From Camelus ferus (taxonomy: Eukaryota), in the NCBI RefSeq assembly GCF_009834535.1, contig NC_045696.1, forward strand, positions 18,478,001-18,542,000: a stretch of 64,000 nt of DNA, in the 5' to 3' direction. The position numbers and the translations under genes are program-made. The notes below the pieces were generated by a model. It saw nothing but the letters and a program-made list of their open reading frames with translations. It ran no database searches and was not told the DNA's origin. This document shows, piece after piece, positions 26,451 through 40,342 of this stretch (position 1 is the stretch's first letter; every line of letters starts with the position of its first letter).

Positions 26451-27831
26451 GACATATAAGACTCTTGAGATATGTCTTAAAATTCAAGTTGTTTGGTTTG
26501 TCAGGGACATTAAACTGTTATTAGGCAAATGCAGAAGTATGAAAATGAATGAATACCAGGAATTCATTTATAGATTTTATGTAGGGAGTGATCATCTCCA
26601 CCTGGATAACCGCAGTATCTATTATAGTTCATAGTGTATTTAGTAATTCTTAGTTGATATATTTTTTTATTTAGTTTCCAGGATTGGCATTACTTATATC
26701 ATGGAAATTCTACCAGAACTTGACCTACTTCTTTGGTGTAAATGAAGTCTCAGAACAATGCTTGTATATGTTTCAGGCAGAAAGTATGCAAAATAAGCAT
26801 ATAAAGTAAGAATATATATTTTGTAACAGAATTTTGAGACCAGGAAACTTTTGAATGTGGGTGACTTTTCCCCCCAATGAAAATCAAAGCTTTCTTGTAG
26901 TGTCTACATAGCACCAGCATTTTTTATTTTGAAAATAAGTTTATCATGATAGAATGTGTACTGCCAATTAGTCTGGTTGATTTGATTTTGCCACTATTTC
27001 AAATGTCAAAATATCATATCTAATGTGTGTATAAGCGGCTTTTGAATAATACTTCTCTCTATTTCAACATAATTTTTTCACAAATACTTCACCTCATCAA
27101 AAACATGTTGATAAAATTTAATTTACTCTCACATACATATTCTCCACGTTACACATTGTATGTAGTAAAGCCAAATAAGGTTTGTTTTTTAATTTTAGAA
27201 GCTCCCTCTCTTCTTTTTAACAAGTTTAACAAGTCAATCTTAAATTCTATGTAATGACTTACTATAATTCTGATTATTAAAATTTCTTATTCTTTTGTAA
27301 TATAATTATTGATATAATGACATTATTTGATCCCCTTTCATAATTAAAAAAAGCAGCATATCTTCTGCTCACATTCTGAGTGTAATGCGTATAGATAAAA
27401 TAATGTGGTAACAAAATAATTACTCATTACTTGAACAAGAATGCTTAAAGAATTCACATTTAACTTAGAAAATCAGTAAGACATAAATGCTTAGTTGTTC
27501 AGAGTGCAGCAGTAATCTAGAAATGATCTTTGACTAGATGAAGCCTAGCTGTTGAATGTTTAATATATGTTATATAGTATTTTCTGTTAATTTACCTTAT
27601 TAATGAAATTTATGTTTAGTTTATTATGCAGATTACTAATCCTCTCAAGAGTTAAAAAATAAATAGATTATTATAACCAAATTAATTCTCATAATCTATT
27701 ACTGAGAAATTCTTATAGAATTTTTAAAATGTGAATGCCTAACTCGAGAGCTGACCATAATCATTATCCCATAGTGTGGTATCCACATATCTGAGACACT
27801 ACTCAAATGTTGAAAGCAACCATTTTTTAAA

Positions 27832-28286
27832 TCATTTTTTAATTGAAGTGTAGTTAATTTACAATGCTGTGTTAGTTTCAGGTGTACAGCAAAACAACTC
27901 AGTTATACATATATATGTGTGTGTGTGTATATTATAATATAATATAATATATAACATTTATATAATATATATTATAATATATAATATATATTATAATATA
28001 TAATATTATAATATAATATAATACAATATATAATCTTATATATAATATATTATATTATATAATATATTTATATAATATATAATATATTATATATTATACT
28101 ATGATATATACACACACACATATATATATGTACACACACACACACTTTTACAGATTCTTTTCCATTATAGGTTATTACAAGATATTGAATATAGTTCCTT
28201 GAGTTACGTAGTAGGTTCTTGTTATTTATTTTATGTATAGTAGTGTGTTTCTGTTCATCTCAAACTCCTAATTTAGCCCTCCGCCT
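27832..28286 (-). mobile_element. 5'-truncated artiodactyl-type L1 3' end with TSD
   Basis: 'ttgaagtgtagttaatttacaatgctgtgttagtttcaggtgtacagcaa...ttattacaagatattgaatatagttcc'; degenerate TSD ttgaa(a/g)gcaa(c/a)catttt at ~27810 and ~28287. Confidence 0.9.
27905..28146. repeat. AT-rich low-complexity expansion flanked by (TG)n and (CA)n
   Basis: About 170 bp of near-pure A/T between tgtgtgtgtgtg and cacacacaca, inside the L1 3'UTR. Confidence 0.95.
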
Positions 28287-29842
28287 TTGAAGGCAAACAT
28301 TTTAAAACCTCCAATTTAATGGAATGTTTAATCACATAATTGTAATCCTTTTCAAAGGATTCCTATTAGAAGTTCATGCAAATTCAGCCTCTGACCTAAT
28401 GTACCCAGTAGTTACATTCAGGTTTCCCTGCACATATCTACAGAAATAACAGAAAAGAAAAACAAACCCTATTTAAATCCTTGCATTTAGAAGAGCTTGT
28501 CTGCCATTAACTAATTCTAAGTGATTTCCTCTTTGTAAATGATCGTTTATTATTTTTAAGAACTACTTAATATTTATTAATAAAATAGGATATCATATCT
28601 CTATAAGTGTTCATTTGATCATGACCAATATCACTTACTTTATACAGATACATTTAGTTGCAGAGACAGATTTTGTGACTTTTTATTGTGAATTTATTTG
28701 ATGGCTGAATTGTGGTCTTAAAGTATTAACTTTCAGCTAGGTAGACAGTAAAAGGATTCTTCTAATACCGCAAGTAGCTAAAAGAAGTGACCAGATGGCA
28801 AGTAGTCCATCATTTTGCGTCTTTGTTCTGTATAAACATTGATTTTAAATAGGCAGCTCATGAGTAGTTGTGTAATAATAAAAAGTAGAGTGGAGAATTT
28901 ATCCTTGCACTCCTAGTTTTCAAATACAACCCACAGAATATAAGAGAAAAGATGAGAAAACATTAAACAGTCTTACTAAGTTTGTTCTATAAATAATTTT
29001 CCACCTCATGACTTAGATATACGTTTAGCAAATAGCAAGATCTATCTTCATTGGTTCTATAAGTGTGTTTATTCTTGGTGCAATGGTTAAATCATAACAA
29101 ATTGTAAATATCATATACTATTTATTATGCATAATATACATAATTATATATATAATATCTTGGATGTGTGACATTTGCATAAAAAGTAAGAAATAGTGTT
29201 GGAAGGTAATGTTCTATACCAAAAAAAAAAAGTTGTCTCGTACTATATAAACAATAATCAGGCAAAGTCACTAAACGACTCTGGTGGAAACAGATGTAGA
29301 CATATTCATTCCAGTTTGCACATTATGCATGAAAAAAGACACATGAACACTCTACAAATAGAAAAATACCTAAGTATCTCCTGGTTTTGACTAATAGGAA
29401 TGGCTATGCTTCTTTTTCAATTAAAACTCTAATTTTACTTTAATTTTCCCACCAAGATATCCAATCTTCTAATTGCACCCGACTCCTCATTAGCATCTCA
29501 TGTAGAACTTGCCTCAATCTCTATATACTCTCCTGAAATTCATCTTCAACACATGAGCAAGCCAACAACAGCCCTTTATAACCTTCCCAACATAATGAGC
29601 CATTTTTCCTCTGATGTATCCTCTTCCTTGATTTAAGTAAACACATAAAAATGTTACCATGTAAAACAGAGTTGTCTACAGTAGGTGGACACAAAAGAGG
29701 TCTTGGATATTACACTATTACCCAGTCAAGGGTCTTAATTCCCAGAAGTCAGGGTCCCAACCAAACCATGGTGGAACCTCCAATTTTAATAAAGACCAAT
29801 AACAACATATCTATAGTAAAACAAATTTCAATCTGCTTAATT

Positions 29843-30376
29843 GGGATCTGAAAACTAAATCCCAGTGTACAGTCAACTAATATTTAACAAGCAAATCAGG
29901 AATTCTCAGTGGGGAAGGAGACTCTCTTTTCTTTGCAGAAATAGAAGAATCAACATTAACATTTGTGTGGAACCATAAAAAGCATTAAATAGCAATCCTG
30001 AGGAGAAAAATAAAATAACAACAACAGAGCCAGAGGTATCACACTTCTGGATTTCAGTCTACACTACAAAGCCATAGTAATAAAAAACAGTATAGTACTG
30101 GCACAAAAATAGAAACATTGACCAATTGAACAGATTAGGGATCTAAAAACTAAATCCCAGCATATAGCCAACTAACATTTGACAAGCAAGTCAGGAATAC
30201 TCAATGGGGAAGGAGACTCTCTTCCATAAATGGTGCTGAAAAACTGCAGAAACACATGCAGAGCAATTAAATTGGTCCCCTATAGCACACCATTCAAAAA
30301 ATTAACTTGAAATGGATCAAACGTAAGATCTGATATCATAAAACTCCTAGAAGAAAACGTAAGACAGACGCTCCAC
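29843..30376 (+). mobile_element. L1 ORF2 fragment (post-RT region) preceded by an 86-bp duplicate of its own downstream sequence
   Basis: 'ctttgcagaaatagaag', 'ggtatcacacttctggatttcagtctacactacaaagcc', 'aaaactcctagaagaaaac'; direct repeat 29843-29928 / 30138-30223. Confidence 0.9.
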
Positions 30377-30519
30377 AAAAATGAAAAGAAAGCTCTCAAT
30401 TACCAATCTGTTGAACTGTTAGAATCAAGCAAAACAAAGTCTTGTCTAAATAAGCAGTGTTCTCTACTTCAAATGCGATGGTAGAGACACTCTTCAGCAA
30501 ACATTGTGAAAACATGGTG

Positions 30520-31196
30520 TTCTTTCACCTCCTTGCTGTTTATTCCTAAGTATTTTATTTTAGATATTATTTTAAATAGAATTGTTTTCTTAATTTTATT
30601 TTTGGATAGTTTGTTGTTAGTGTATAGAAATTCAACTTTTGTTGTATGTTGGTTTGTCTCCTGTAATTTTACTGAATTTATTAGTTCTAACAGTTTTTTG
30701 TGACATCCTTAGGATTTCTACAGATAAGATCATGTCATCTTCAGAGATAATGTTGTCCTTACCTTTCTGATTTGGAACATTTTATATCTGTTGTCTCCCT
30801 AACTGCTCAGACCAGGACTTTGAGTATTATGTTGAATAGAAGTTCATTTACTATTTGCAGGTACAGTCCTGAAACAAAGAGTACAGAAATAAATAGAGAA
30901 TGTTAAGGGAAGCCAGTCAAAAGATTGTATGATCTGCATATTGCTATAACCACATCAAAAAAATGGTGGGAGGCTGCATCCTTGTCTAGTTTTGGATTTT
31001 AGAAGAAAAAGCTTTCAAATATTCACCATTGAGTATGATGTTAACTGTGGACTTTTCATATACCACATTTATTAAATTGGGGTAAGTATCTTCTGTACCT
31101 AGTTTGTGGAGTTTTTATCACAAAAGAGTGTGAAATTTTGTCAAACAATTTTTTGCATCTGTTGAGATGATTATGTGGGTTTTATCCTTCATTCTG
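30520..31196 (-). mobile_element. L1 ORF2 RT fragment, interrupted by a ~120-bp foreign insert
   Basis: 'tctttcacctcctt...ataagatcatgtcatcttcag' (DDMIL on minus)...'ttcaccattgagtatgatgtt...gcatctgttgagatgattatgtgg'. Confidence 0.9.
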
Positions 31197-33717
31197 GCCC
31201 TGAAAAGTGTAATTTTTTTTTTTAATTTGAGTTCTGAATGTTCTGATGAGTCTATCAGTGTAAGGTTTATATTTAGTTCCCAGGACTTTGAATTCTGATG
31301 GTTGTATTAGTCCTTGGAAAAATAGAACTTCTAGCTCTCGAACAGGGAATTTCTATTGACTGTTTCCTTTCTTGGTACCTATGTGTTCAGTGTCATAAGT
31401 TCTCACTTTTCAGAATGAAATCTATGAAAAAGAAATGAACATTGGCTTAGTGATTGAATCATTGAGTTTGTCCTAATGGCTAATGAATTTAAGGTACTTC
31501 AGAGCAACTTACTTGGGACAAAATTAGGAGAAGTTTTCCTTAGCATTACTTTTAAATTCATTGTAAGCACTATTGTCTCTCCTAATGTTTTATCTCTAAG
31601 AAATGCAGTTTATAGTTCCTTCAGCTCAAAGCTGTAGATTTGGGGGGCTCGCAGTCAGTGGCAGTTAGTATCTGGTCAGGTCCCAGAGATACATGTTTGC
31701 ACATAAACCATTCTTACTGGCTATTGCAGTTCTCATGGGACATTCACTGTCTGCATTCTCTGTGGGTCAGTCACAAGTGTCCTTCATGTCATTATAGTAA
31801 AATTTTAATAAGTATATTTATCTTTGTAACTGATTTTCTTCAACAGCTTTAGGGATATTTACATGTAAACAAACAAACAAACAAGATTTTTACTAGAAAT
31901 CTCTTAGAACAAAAGGAAACACAATCTCAAGTATCCAAGGACCTGCATGTTTTGTTGTATGTTGAGGCTTCCAAATACAGTCAGACCTGTAAGTTGTATT
32001 TATACAAACTTCCTAGATCTCAGAATGAAGAGAGGATAAAAGGAACCCTCCTAAAAATAGAAATTCTGTGTCTTGTCTATATATAAAAGAGAAACCATCT
32101 TGTTTAACATCATGGCATCATCCTTCTTTGTTTGTATACCTCTGGGATAGAAGATTCTTAACCATGTAGTGTTGATGGAATTGGCAATGACCTAAAATAT
32201 GTATTTTTGATACAAGTTATGGTGACCCTTGACTTCTGTGTCAAAATGGGTTTTCCTGTATCCAGTCTTACTTCACTTCTTATAGGAAAGAAGATCAACC
32301 TTTTAGGGAGATGATTTCGTATCTATTGGTGACAAGCACTTTTTCATTTCATTTTCTTTTAATTTTCTCACTGCCACTTTATCTCTTTTCTTGAATAAAC
32401 TAAATATTTAATAGTTTATTTTTTCTATTATATATTCTAGAACTATCTAACCAGATAAACTCAGTAACTTTCAAAAGACAGAAAATAAAACCAAATGTTT
32501 TTAATTAAATAGCTGGGGTGTTAAAATTTATTACCCAGATTGTAACCCAAAGGAAGAAGTTCAACTACGTATTTAATAATGACTTTGCCTATTAGGTCAG
32601 AAATCAGGAAGAAATGATCTTTGTTACTAGACTGTAAAATATGAAGGGATATCATACATTACTTTAAGAGTCTCTGTACATTTAAAACTAATACAAAGAT
32701 TATATATCATGCTAGAAAAAATTCTTGTCGTGTTTTTATTTTAGCTGACACTTTGAACAAATTAGGGGCAAAACACTTTTAAACTAAAAAACTATCTTTT
32801 TAGTGTTTTTATAATATGATCCTCTGTACATAGACTGTGACAACAATGTTTTCATTATATAACACTTGAGTTTAATTTCTCATGGTTAAACTTTTAAATT
32901 ATATACACTGCTTTTAAAGATCAAGTAAGCAATTCTTGTTTCCACAAATTATCTGAAAGTTTAAAAATATTGCACTTAATTATAAAAAATATTAGTGAAA
33001 ATAGTTTAAAAGGGCTTTTACTATTGTATAATATTATAATGCTACAATTTATATAAACATATTTTGTTGACTCAAATTATAACATGTCCTTGGTTATCTT
33101 TAAGACATGAGATAATTAACAGTAATTTTTATACTTAGATTGCCAAATTAGAAGCTAGTATAAATTATGCATACAAAATTTCAAACATTAGTAACTAAAC
33201 TTAGTTTTATTTTGCTTTTAAATAATCCTTGAGTCACTAAACATAATCTAAGTTTACTATTCATCTTCATTTTCTATTTCATAGATTTTACATGTATTAA
33301 CAGAATGTGCAAATGCCTTTGTAATGGATATGGATATAAGTATGGATATAGATATATAGATATTTTGAGATTTGAAATATGATATAAAATGTGTCCTGTT
33401 GGAAAGAAAGCACTAGACAGTTAGTGATTTCTTTCTATGTTTTATTTTTCTCATCTGAGAGCATAATAATAATACTTCTAGATTAAATTTCATGTTTTTT
33501 AAACTTGGTCATATTACATCATTATATGATTTTATTTTGATTTAGTGCTTTACTAATTATCAAATATCATAGCATTCTGTGTTTGCAAGAACAAAATGTA
33601 ACTGCTGCAATAAGCAATAAATTTGGCAGTACATCCTTAGCATCTACTCAACAACTCAAATAATAAGGGAAGCTACCTCTTAAAATGCTAATTACAGTTT
33701 CCAAATACATACTTCTC

Positions 33718-33775
33718 TCCCACCCACCCACCCACCCATCCATCCATCCATCCATCCACCCACCCATCCATCCAA
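33718..33775. repeat. (CCAC/CCAT)n microsatellite at L2 tail
   Basis: cacccacccacccacccatccatccatcc... Confidence 0.9.
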
Positions 33776-34520
33776 CAATTTTTAACATTTATTTATTTGC
33801 CATTGTGGAATTATATTTTGTCAGAGTTAAAGAGACAAGTAAAACAGAAGAAATGTTATCTACTATGTGAGGCGATAAATGTTATGCCTAAAATTAAAAA
33901 GAATAGAAGCAAGATAAAGAAACTCGGAGCACCAAGAAAGGAAGTAATGCTTATTTAATAGAATGTCAGAGCAGCCCTGGTTGAGAAGGTGACATTTGAG
34001 CAAAGATTTGAAAAAAATAAGAACTTAGGTTTGTTCATATCTTGGAGAAGAATTTTCCAAGAGCAGGACACAGCCAGTGAAAATGATCCAAGGTGAGAAC
34101 CTGTTGGCTTTATGCAATGAGCCAGAAGATGGTAAGTGCTCCTGGGATGGAATCTATGAAGGCTAGAGCAGTGAGAGAACGGTCATAGAAATAACTGGGG
34201 TAGAGGAATGATGTAGAACCTTGCATGACACCATGGAAAGAAACACCCTTGTAGAAATTTGAGAGGAAAACAGCATGACCTAACAGCTATACGAACAAAA
34301 CAAAACAAAATACCTCTCAGGTTTCTTTAACTGAACTTTAACTGAATAGTTGCAGAGGCAGGAAACACAGTTTAAGAGGGTTTTACATATGATTATCTAG
34401 GTGAAATAATTTGGAGGCTCATATAAGAATGGTAGCATAAGAGGTGGTGAAAAGTAGCTGAATGTTGGCTAAATATTTATGGTAATCAAAGTAGGGTTTC
34501 TCATCCCTTGGTCATAGTAA
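33776..34520 (-). mobile_element. LINE-2 (L2a-like) fragment
   Basis: 'gagaaggtgacatttgagcaaagatttgaa', 'atcttggagaagaattttccaagagcaggacacagc', 'ggtagcataagaggtggtgaaaagtagctg'. Confidence 0.8.
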
Positions 34521-34547
34521 GAAGGATCTGATGCTGCACCTAATTTT

Positions 34548-34600
34548 ATATACATATACATATATATATACATATATGTGTATATATATATATATATGTA
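34548..34600. repeat. (TA)n/(TACA) microsatellite
   Basis: Read directly from the sequence. Confidence 0.9.
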
Positions 34601-34967
34601 GGGAACCATGATGAAGGGTATGTGTAGGCTGCCTAATAATTTATTCTGCTCACTATTGGATAAATACCTTAATCATGCCAGTTTTTAAGCTAGACAATTT
34701 CCTATTTAGGTCCTTTTCAAGTAATAGAATTTATCAAAAATTTAATAAATTATTATTTGTCAGGTCATCAGCCACCTTGTTTAAAGATTATCTTTGTCAA
34801 TCTCTAAAGAAAGTTCAACTATGTAGATAAATAATATGACTAATAGTTTGTGGGTAGATTCATGTTCATAAAAGAGCATACTATTAAAAATGTTTAGCTT
34901 TTCATTTGATTATTTGAATTGCAACCTGAAACTAATTTGCTCATAGGAGTTGTTCTTTATTTAATAT

Positions 34968-35017
<50 letters not shown>
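34968..35017. repeat. (GATA)n microsatellite
   Basis: About 11 perfect gata units. Confidence 0.95.
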
Positions 35018-37049
35018 TAGTTAGCAAAATCCAATATCCTTGAGGGTTCTTATAGTTCTTCCTAACTAAAATAATGGGTCATTGAAGGTGAACTTACATA
35101 CAAAATGTCTTAAGACATTACTTGATTGTACCTGACTTTTCTAACATGGTGTTTGTATTTCAATTACTAGATTTATAATAATTATTATGCATTAAACAAA
35201 AAAATAAGGAATTTATGTCATTAATTTAACTTTTCCAATCTTAAATATGAATATTGAACTACAAATTAAATGATTCTAAATGCAGTTTCTAACAAACGCA
35301 GTACAAATAAACTGCCATCTGTTCCACTTACAATCATTACAAAAAATAAGGCAGAGAGTATATCTTAGTTTTGACTCTTATTTAAGATATTTACAAGAAT
35401 TTTTTCAAGATATCTCATGGATTCAAAAAGCATACAGAAGCAGCAATAATGGACCATAATAATGACAATACAAACAAAAATCTGTTTTTATTTATTTCCA
35501 CTACTATAAAAAAGGAAAAGGTTACATAACAATGCAACTATTTTAGATTTAGTAAACATTAACATAATCTAAGCATAATGTTTCTTAGTGTTTTTCAAAC
35601 AACGATTTGGGACATATTTATATTTTCTTTCCCCTAAACTAAAAAAAGCATACTAATGGTAACCTAGATGAGGAAAACCACACATAATATGCACATGAAC
35701 CTCAGTATGTACTCATTGATTCTTTCATATAATTAATTTTCAATACAGAAAACTTCTGACATCTTTGCAGTTTTATCTTTGTAACTTATGAAGTGAAAAA
35801 ATAAGTCAATATTAAGATAACTAAAAAATCAAACTTGAAAGTTATGGTTTAATATATGAAAAAAAGTCCCTCAATTTTTTTAACTCATTAACCTCAATGT
35901 CTATTTTGGCTTGCATACAATTATATTTTCCTAAGCATTTAATCTATAGATTCATTTATACATATGGATAAATATTATTTTGGGATATCTAATGTTTTTT
36001 ATCTATTTCTCTATGGGATGTATCATCTGTGATCTCACATACTTCTATTCATGTGCAGACACATAATCCAGCCAAGGTATCAGTTCCTCTTTCTGCCCAT
36101 GTGCAGAGCCTTTTCAATCTAGTCTTAAGTTGTGCATTGCAGACTCCTCTTTTGACAAGCTAGCTAAATTTAGGAGACTACAAGTAAGCTAAGAAAGAGA
36201 TTACACACTGACTTTGAATTCAAAGGCCATCATCATGATTTCTACAACAAGATACAATTTTTAAACTAGCTAGAATTGATATGGAAAATATTATTTCACG
36301 ATATGAAAATATGTTTGAATAAGAGTGCATGATGCATTGGATTCCAAGAAGGGTGAGTGGAATTCAGGAACTCAGACTTCCTGTCTGATGCTCAAAATGT
36401 ACCACCATTCAAAATCAGCTAAGAATTATTTGGGTGAGTAAATATTTTCTGTCTTTTCTTCAGATATTTCCTATTTTCCTTTGTTATTTTACTTAGAAAC
36501 CCAATAAAGACATAATTTCTAATGTAATTGTAGAATCCAGACCTTCCCTCACTTTGTCCTAATTCTGTCATTTTAAGGAGCAGCCATGCCAATATATGAA
36601 CAAATCATGATAAGAGTGATATTAATATATTAATAAAAATAATGGGTTTACAAAGGAAAATTTTTAAAAAAAGTAACGGTGGACTTAGCCTCTGGTTTTG
36701 AATCTTAACTTCAATATTTCCTGGATTTGTGACCCCAGAGAATTCACAAATTTTCTTTATTAGAAATTCTTCATTTCTAATGTAGTGGTAAAACCAAATC
36801 AACCTCGTTGGCTAGTAAAACCTTTTCTTTTTTAATAGCTAAAAATCTATACACAACTTATCAATGCCTTAGTAAGTACTCATAGAACTTTTGTTATCAC
36901 TGTAGAACTATGACTATTTGTGCTCTTCTCTGTAAATTACACATATATAAAATATACCCATATATACACATATATGTGGGTATATGTATATGTGTATACA
37001 CACACATGTACAGATATGGTGTAAAGATGCTGGTGTACTGACAGGATAT

Positions 37050-37185
37050 TTTCTTTTAGGAAAATATATATTGATAACCAAGAATGATTTAGAAAGGAAA
37101 GATTTGGAATAAGTTGTAAGAAAACTTTACCTTTATTTTATACTTCTCTGCACATTTTGATTTTTTTAAATGTGTGTTACAGAGC
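37050..37185 (+). mobile_element. Old L1ME 3' end fragment
   Basis: 'actttacctttattttatacttctctgcacattttgatttttt' resembles L1ME4-type termini. Confidence 0.45.
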
Positions 37186-38604
37186 ATATATGGATGATGT
37201 GGCTTAGATTTATTTTTTAAATGATTATACATTTCTAGAATTTTAAAGTGAATATTTTTAAAATAATTTATTTTGTATCTGATAAAATAAATAAGCTATT
37301 TTTTCAGTCCACTAATAGTATGAATGCAATAAATAGCTATTCTGAAGTATGCTGACTTGTATTTTTTCTACAATAAATAAATAATGTTAAAATTAGACTA
37401 GAGCAGATAAGCTAATTAACTTCTGCTTCCAAGTCACATAAACACAGTATAAATAAGTTCTTCAGTACCTGTGAGGATACGTTTGCCAAATAGGAAAATC
37501 TTTGGTCCTTTGAGCACATGTATCTTGGATGAAAATAGATTGTTGGTCTGGTTTAGAAGAGAAAATCAGTATAAGAGCTGAGTAGAAATTTGTTAAGCTA
37601 ATTCCGTGATTGAAAAAAAAATATATGATATTGCTGTTGAATCGGAACCAACTTAGTGAATTTTAAATTTGAAAAAAGTAGAAAAGTTTGAGAAGTCAAT
37701 AAAAGGAACATTAATCTGTATGTTGCAAAATCCAAAAGCAAGCTATATTGAGTTTTTTTTATCTCTTAGCCATAAGAACTTTATTTGCAAATCTTAGGTA
37801 GAAATCACCTTTTATTACAGAGCTTTAAGAGTATTCATCATCTAGTCATACGAAAATAAAATTGAGTTGTAGAGGAGCAAATATGCTTTGTAAAAGATTG
37901 TGTGTTAAGTATGTGAAAATGTGTGCAATCTCAGTAATTTCCTGTGGTAACAGTTGTGAAACTTGCCTGTAAATATGAGCAACTACATAGGGGCCACTGT
38001 GAGAAGACTAAGTGAGTGGATTCTGCACCTTCAGTCCTGGTACCAGCAGAAAAGCCCAGTTTTGTACCTGGTGTTGATTGGTGCTGCTTAATACTTCAGT
38101 TGGTTGAGGATTCACTTATTATTATTTATTACTATTAAATCATTTTATTTGAGAAATAAAATCAATCACAACATATATATCCCCCTGTAAGTGGTAGAAG
38201 ATAGATGTCAGAACCTTATATTCTACTTTTCAAATGGAGAATACAATAAATGGGGCTAGGGGAGATTACAAGATGGAAAAATTCATATTAATTCTAATAG
38301 TCACAATTAGGTAATTACTGTTTAAAAAACACATTGTCTTCTTTTTATTGCCTTTCTGTTCTGCTTTAGTTTTCTAGCTTTAAACTTTCTTCAAAGGTTT
38401 TCTTGGGTTTATTTTACATGAACATCCAGAGTTACCCTTTTGCCTTTACATTAATATATCACTTAATCTTCCATTACTTTTAGTTTCTTATGTCTTCTTT
38501 TGTACAAATAGATTGCAGTTTCCTTTGGAACTTGATTTTTTATACTTCCTTTTTGTATTCTCAGTATTTTCCTCTTTCCTATACGAGCTTGATAAAATCC
38601 AAGT

Positions 38605-38800
38605 ATTATCCAATTAGCAAAATTTATTAGTATTTATTCAAGGACTAGCTAAGTGCTGGTCACAGTGGTGACTCAAAAGTGAGTAAGATATCAAGGGTTG
38701 CATTAGTTAATTGAGGGAAAGCAAGGGGAATATGGTGACAAACGTGTTACAAATAATTACAATAAAAGTGCAGCGAGGCTAATAGACATTAAAGGGAGGT
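38605..38800 (-). mobile_element. L2 3' fragment
   Basis: 'aaaatttattagtatttattcaaggactagctaagtgctgg...aaaagtgagtaagata'. Confidence 0.5.
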
Positions 38801-39044
38801 GTATAAAAAATCTGAGTCAACTTAATTTGTGACTTTTGAAATCACATATATGGAATACTACTGGGCAGGACTGTGCGTTAAGTTTTCCACATATGTAAGT
38901 TAACCAAAGAAGTACATGAGTAATTCAGATTGCTTGAGAAAAAGAAAATTTGATTGGTATTAGGGGCATTTCTACTTGTTAGTCAAATAAAAGTGTATTA
39001 GGCAAAAAATAATAATCACATAAAAAGTAAAATAAAGTCATCTC

Positions 39045-39393
39045 AGTGTATTTCAGTTCTTTGGGATCCAGAATGTTGTTTACAGCTTTTTGTTTCACTC
39101 TTCCTGGAGTTCTTTCCTCTTCTCAAGTTATAAGATGGAGCTCTAACCATTCTATCCATGTACCAAGCAGAAGGATGGAGGAAGGAGAGAAGACAAGGAA
39201 ACATTCTGAAAATATACCCATGGCTTTTCTCATTTCTAGGTCTGAAATTAGTCACTTTGCCACATCAGCATGCAAGGATGTCTAGAAATGCTACTTCATA
39301 TGGATAGTCATGTGCCCATTCAAAAGTTAAAGGCCCTTTGGAGAATTTCAGGAAAGTGGAGTGAGGATAGCAATTGTGCTAGTGTCCCATGAT
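39045..39393 (-). mobile_element. MaLR LTR (MLT1J/K-like)
   Basis: 'gttataagatggagctc', 'aattagtcactttgccacatcagcatgcaaggatgtctagaaatg', 'gtcatgtgcccatt'. Confidence 0.7.
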
Positions 39394-40342
39394 AATAGTG
39401 GTAATAAACGAAAGAGCAACTGGAATTTTAAAGAGAAAACACCAAAAAGAGGCAGCCAAGGAGAGCCCTCTTGGGATCAGAGTCAGTATATTAGGCTCCA
39501 CCACTGCCCAAGACATTAGGCAGATTTGAAAACAATGAACATATTCTCTGACCACATACAGACACCGTTAAAATCAGCAGAAGATTCACTGGTGCAGGAG
39601 GCTGAAGTATAACATCTCAGTGTGTTGGCTGTTCAGAAAGCTACTCTGACCCACGGATGACTCCTAAGAAACCAGGATTAGAAATAAAATCGCATTTATT
39701 CTTGACAATCTGGAAGAATTTATGTATACGCAAGGCTGCACCCTCTCCACAGTGATCAGAGAGAGAGTATCTGAGCTATCAGTCCCTGGCTGAACACAGG
39801 GGAAAAGCATATCTCCTTGAACTGTGACATCCAAGCCACACACATATTCAAAGGTAAGAAGGTAAAAGATCTAATTGGCAAAGGGGCATAGGTGTAACTT
39901 TTGACCAATAATTGAATTATCCTGACCTAGAGGAGACCCCTAATTAGACCGGTCTAAAGATAAAAAATGAGGAAAAGAAATCTAGGACATCAGAGGCTGC
40001 ACTCTGCGGGGAAAATACACATCACAAAATAAACTAAGCCAAATCACTAAACAAATAAACAAATGACCAAGCAAATATACAACAACAGCATCAACCTCTA
40101 GGGAGAAGGAGACAGAGGAAACCGAAAGTGTATCTGGAGAAGCAACAATCTATTATCTGAAGTTTCCACATTTCAAGAAATATTAAGAGACCTATAAAAC
40201 ACACAGAAAGTGTGATCCAGATAAACAAAAGCTGAGAGAATTCATTCCTGTCACCTGCCTGACAAGAAATTCCAAATGCATTTCTTCAGACTAAAAGCAA
40301 GTGATAACAGATAGTGATTTTTTCAAGTTTACATGCTTTATG

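Noticed and set aside
26665..26770. Acceptor-like tttagtttccag followed by short open frames
   Set aside because: The frames checked close within about 20 codons and there is no convincing donor.
36940..37012. Small hairpin atataccca...tgggtatat in (TA/CA) sequence
   Set aside because: Ordinary self-complementarity of a degenerate microsatellite.
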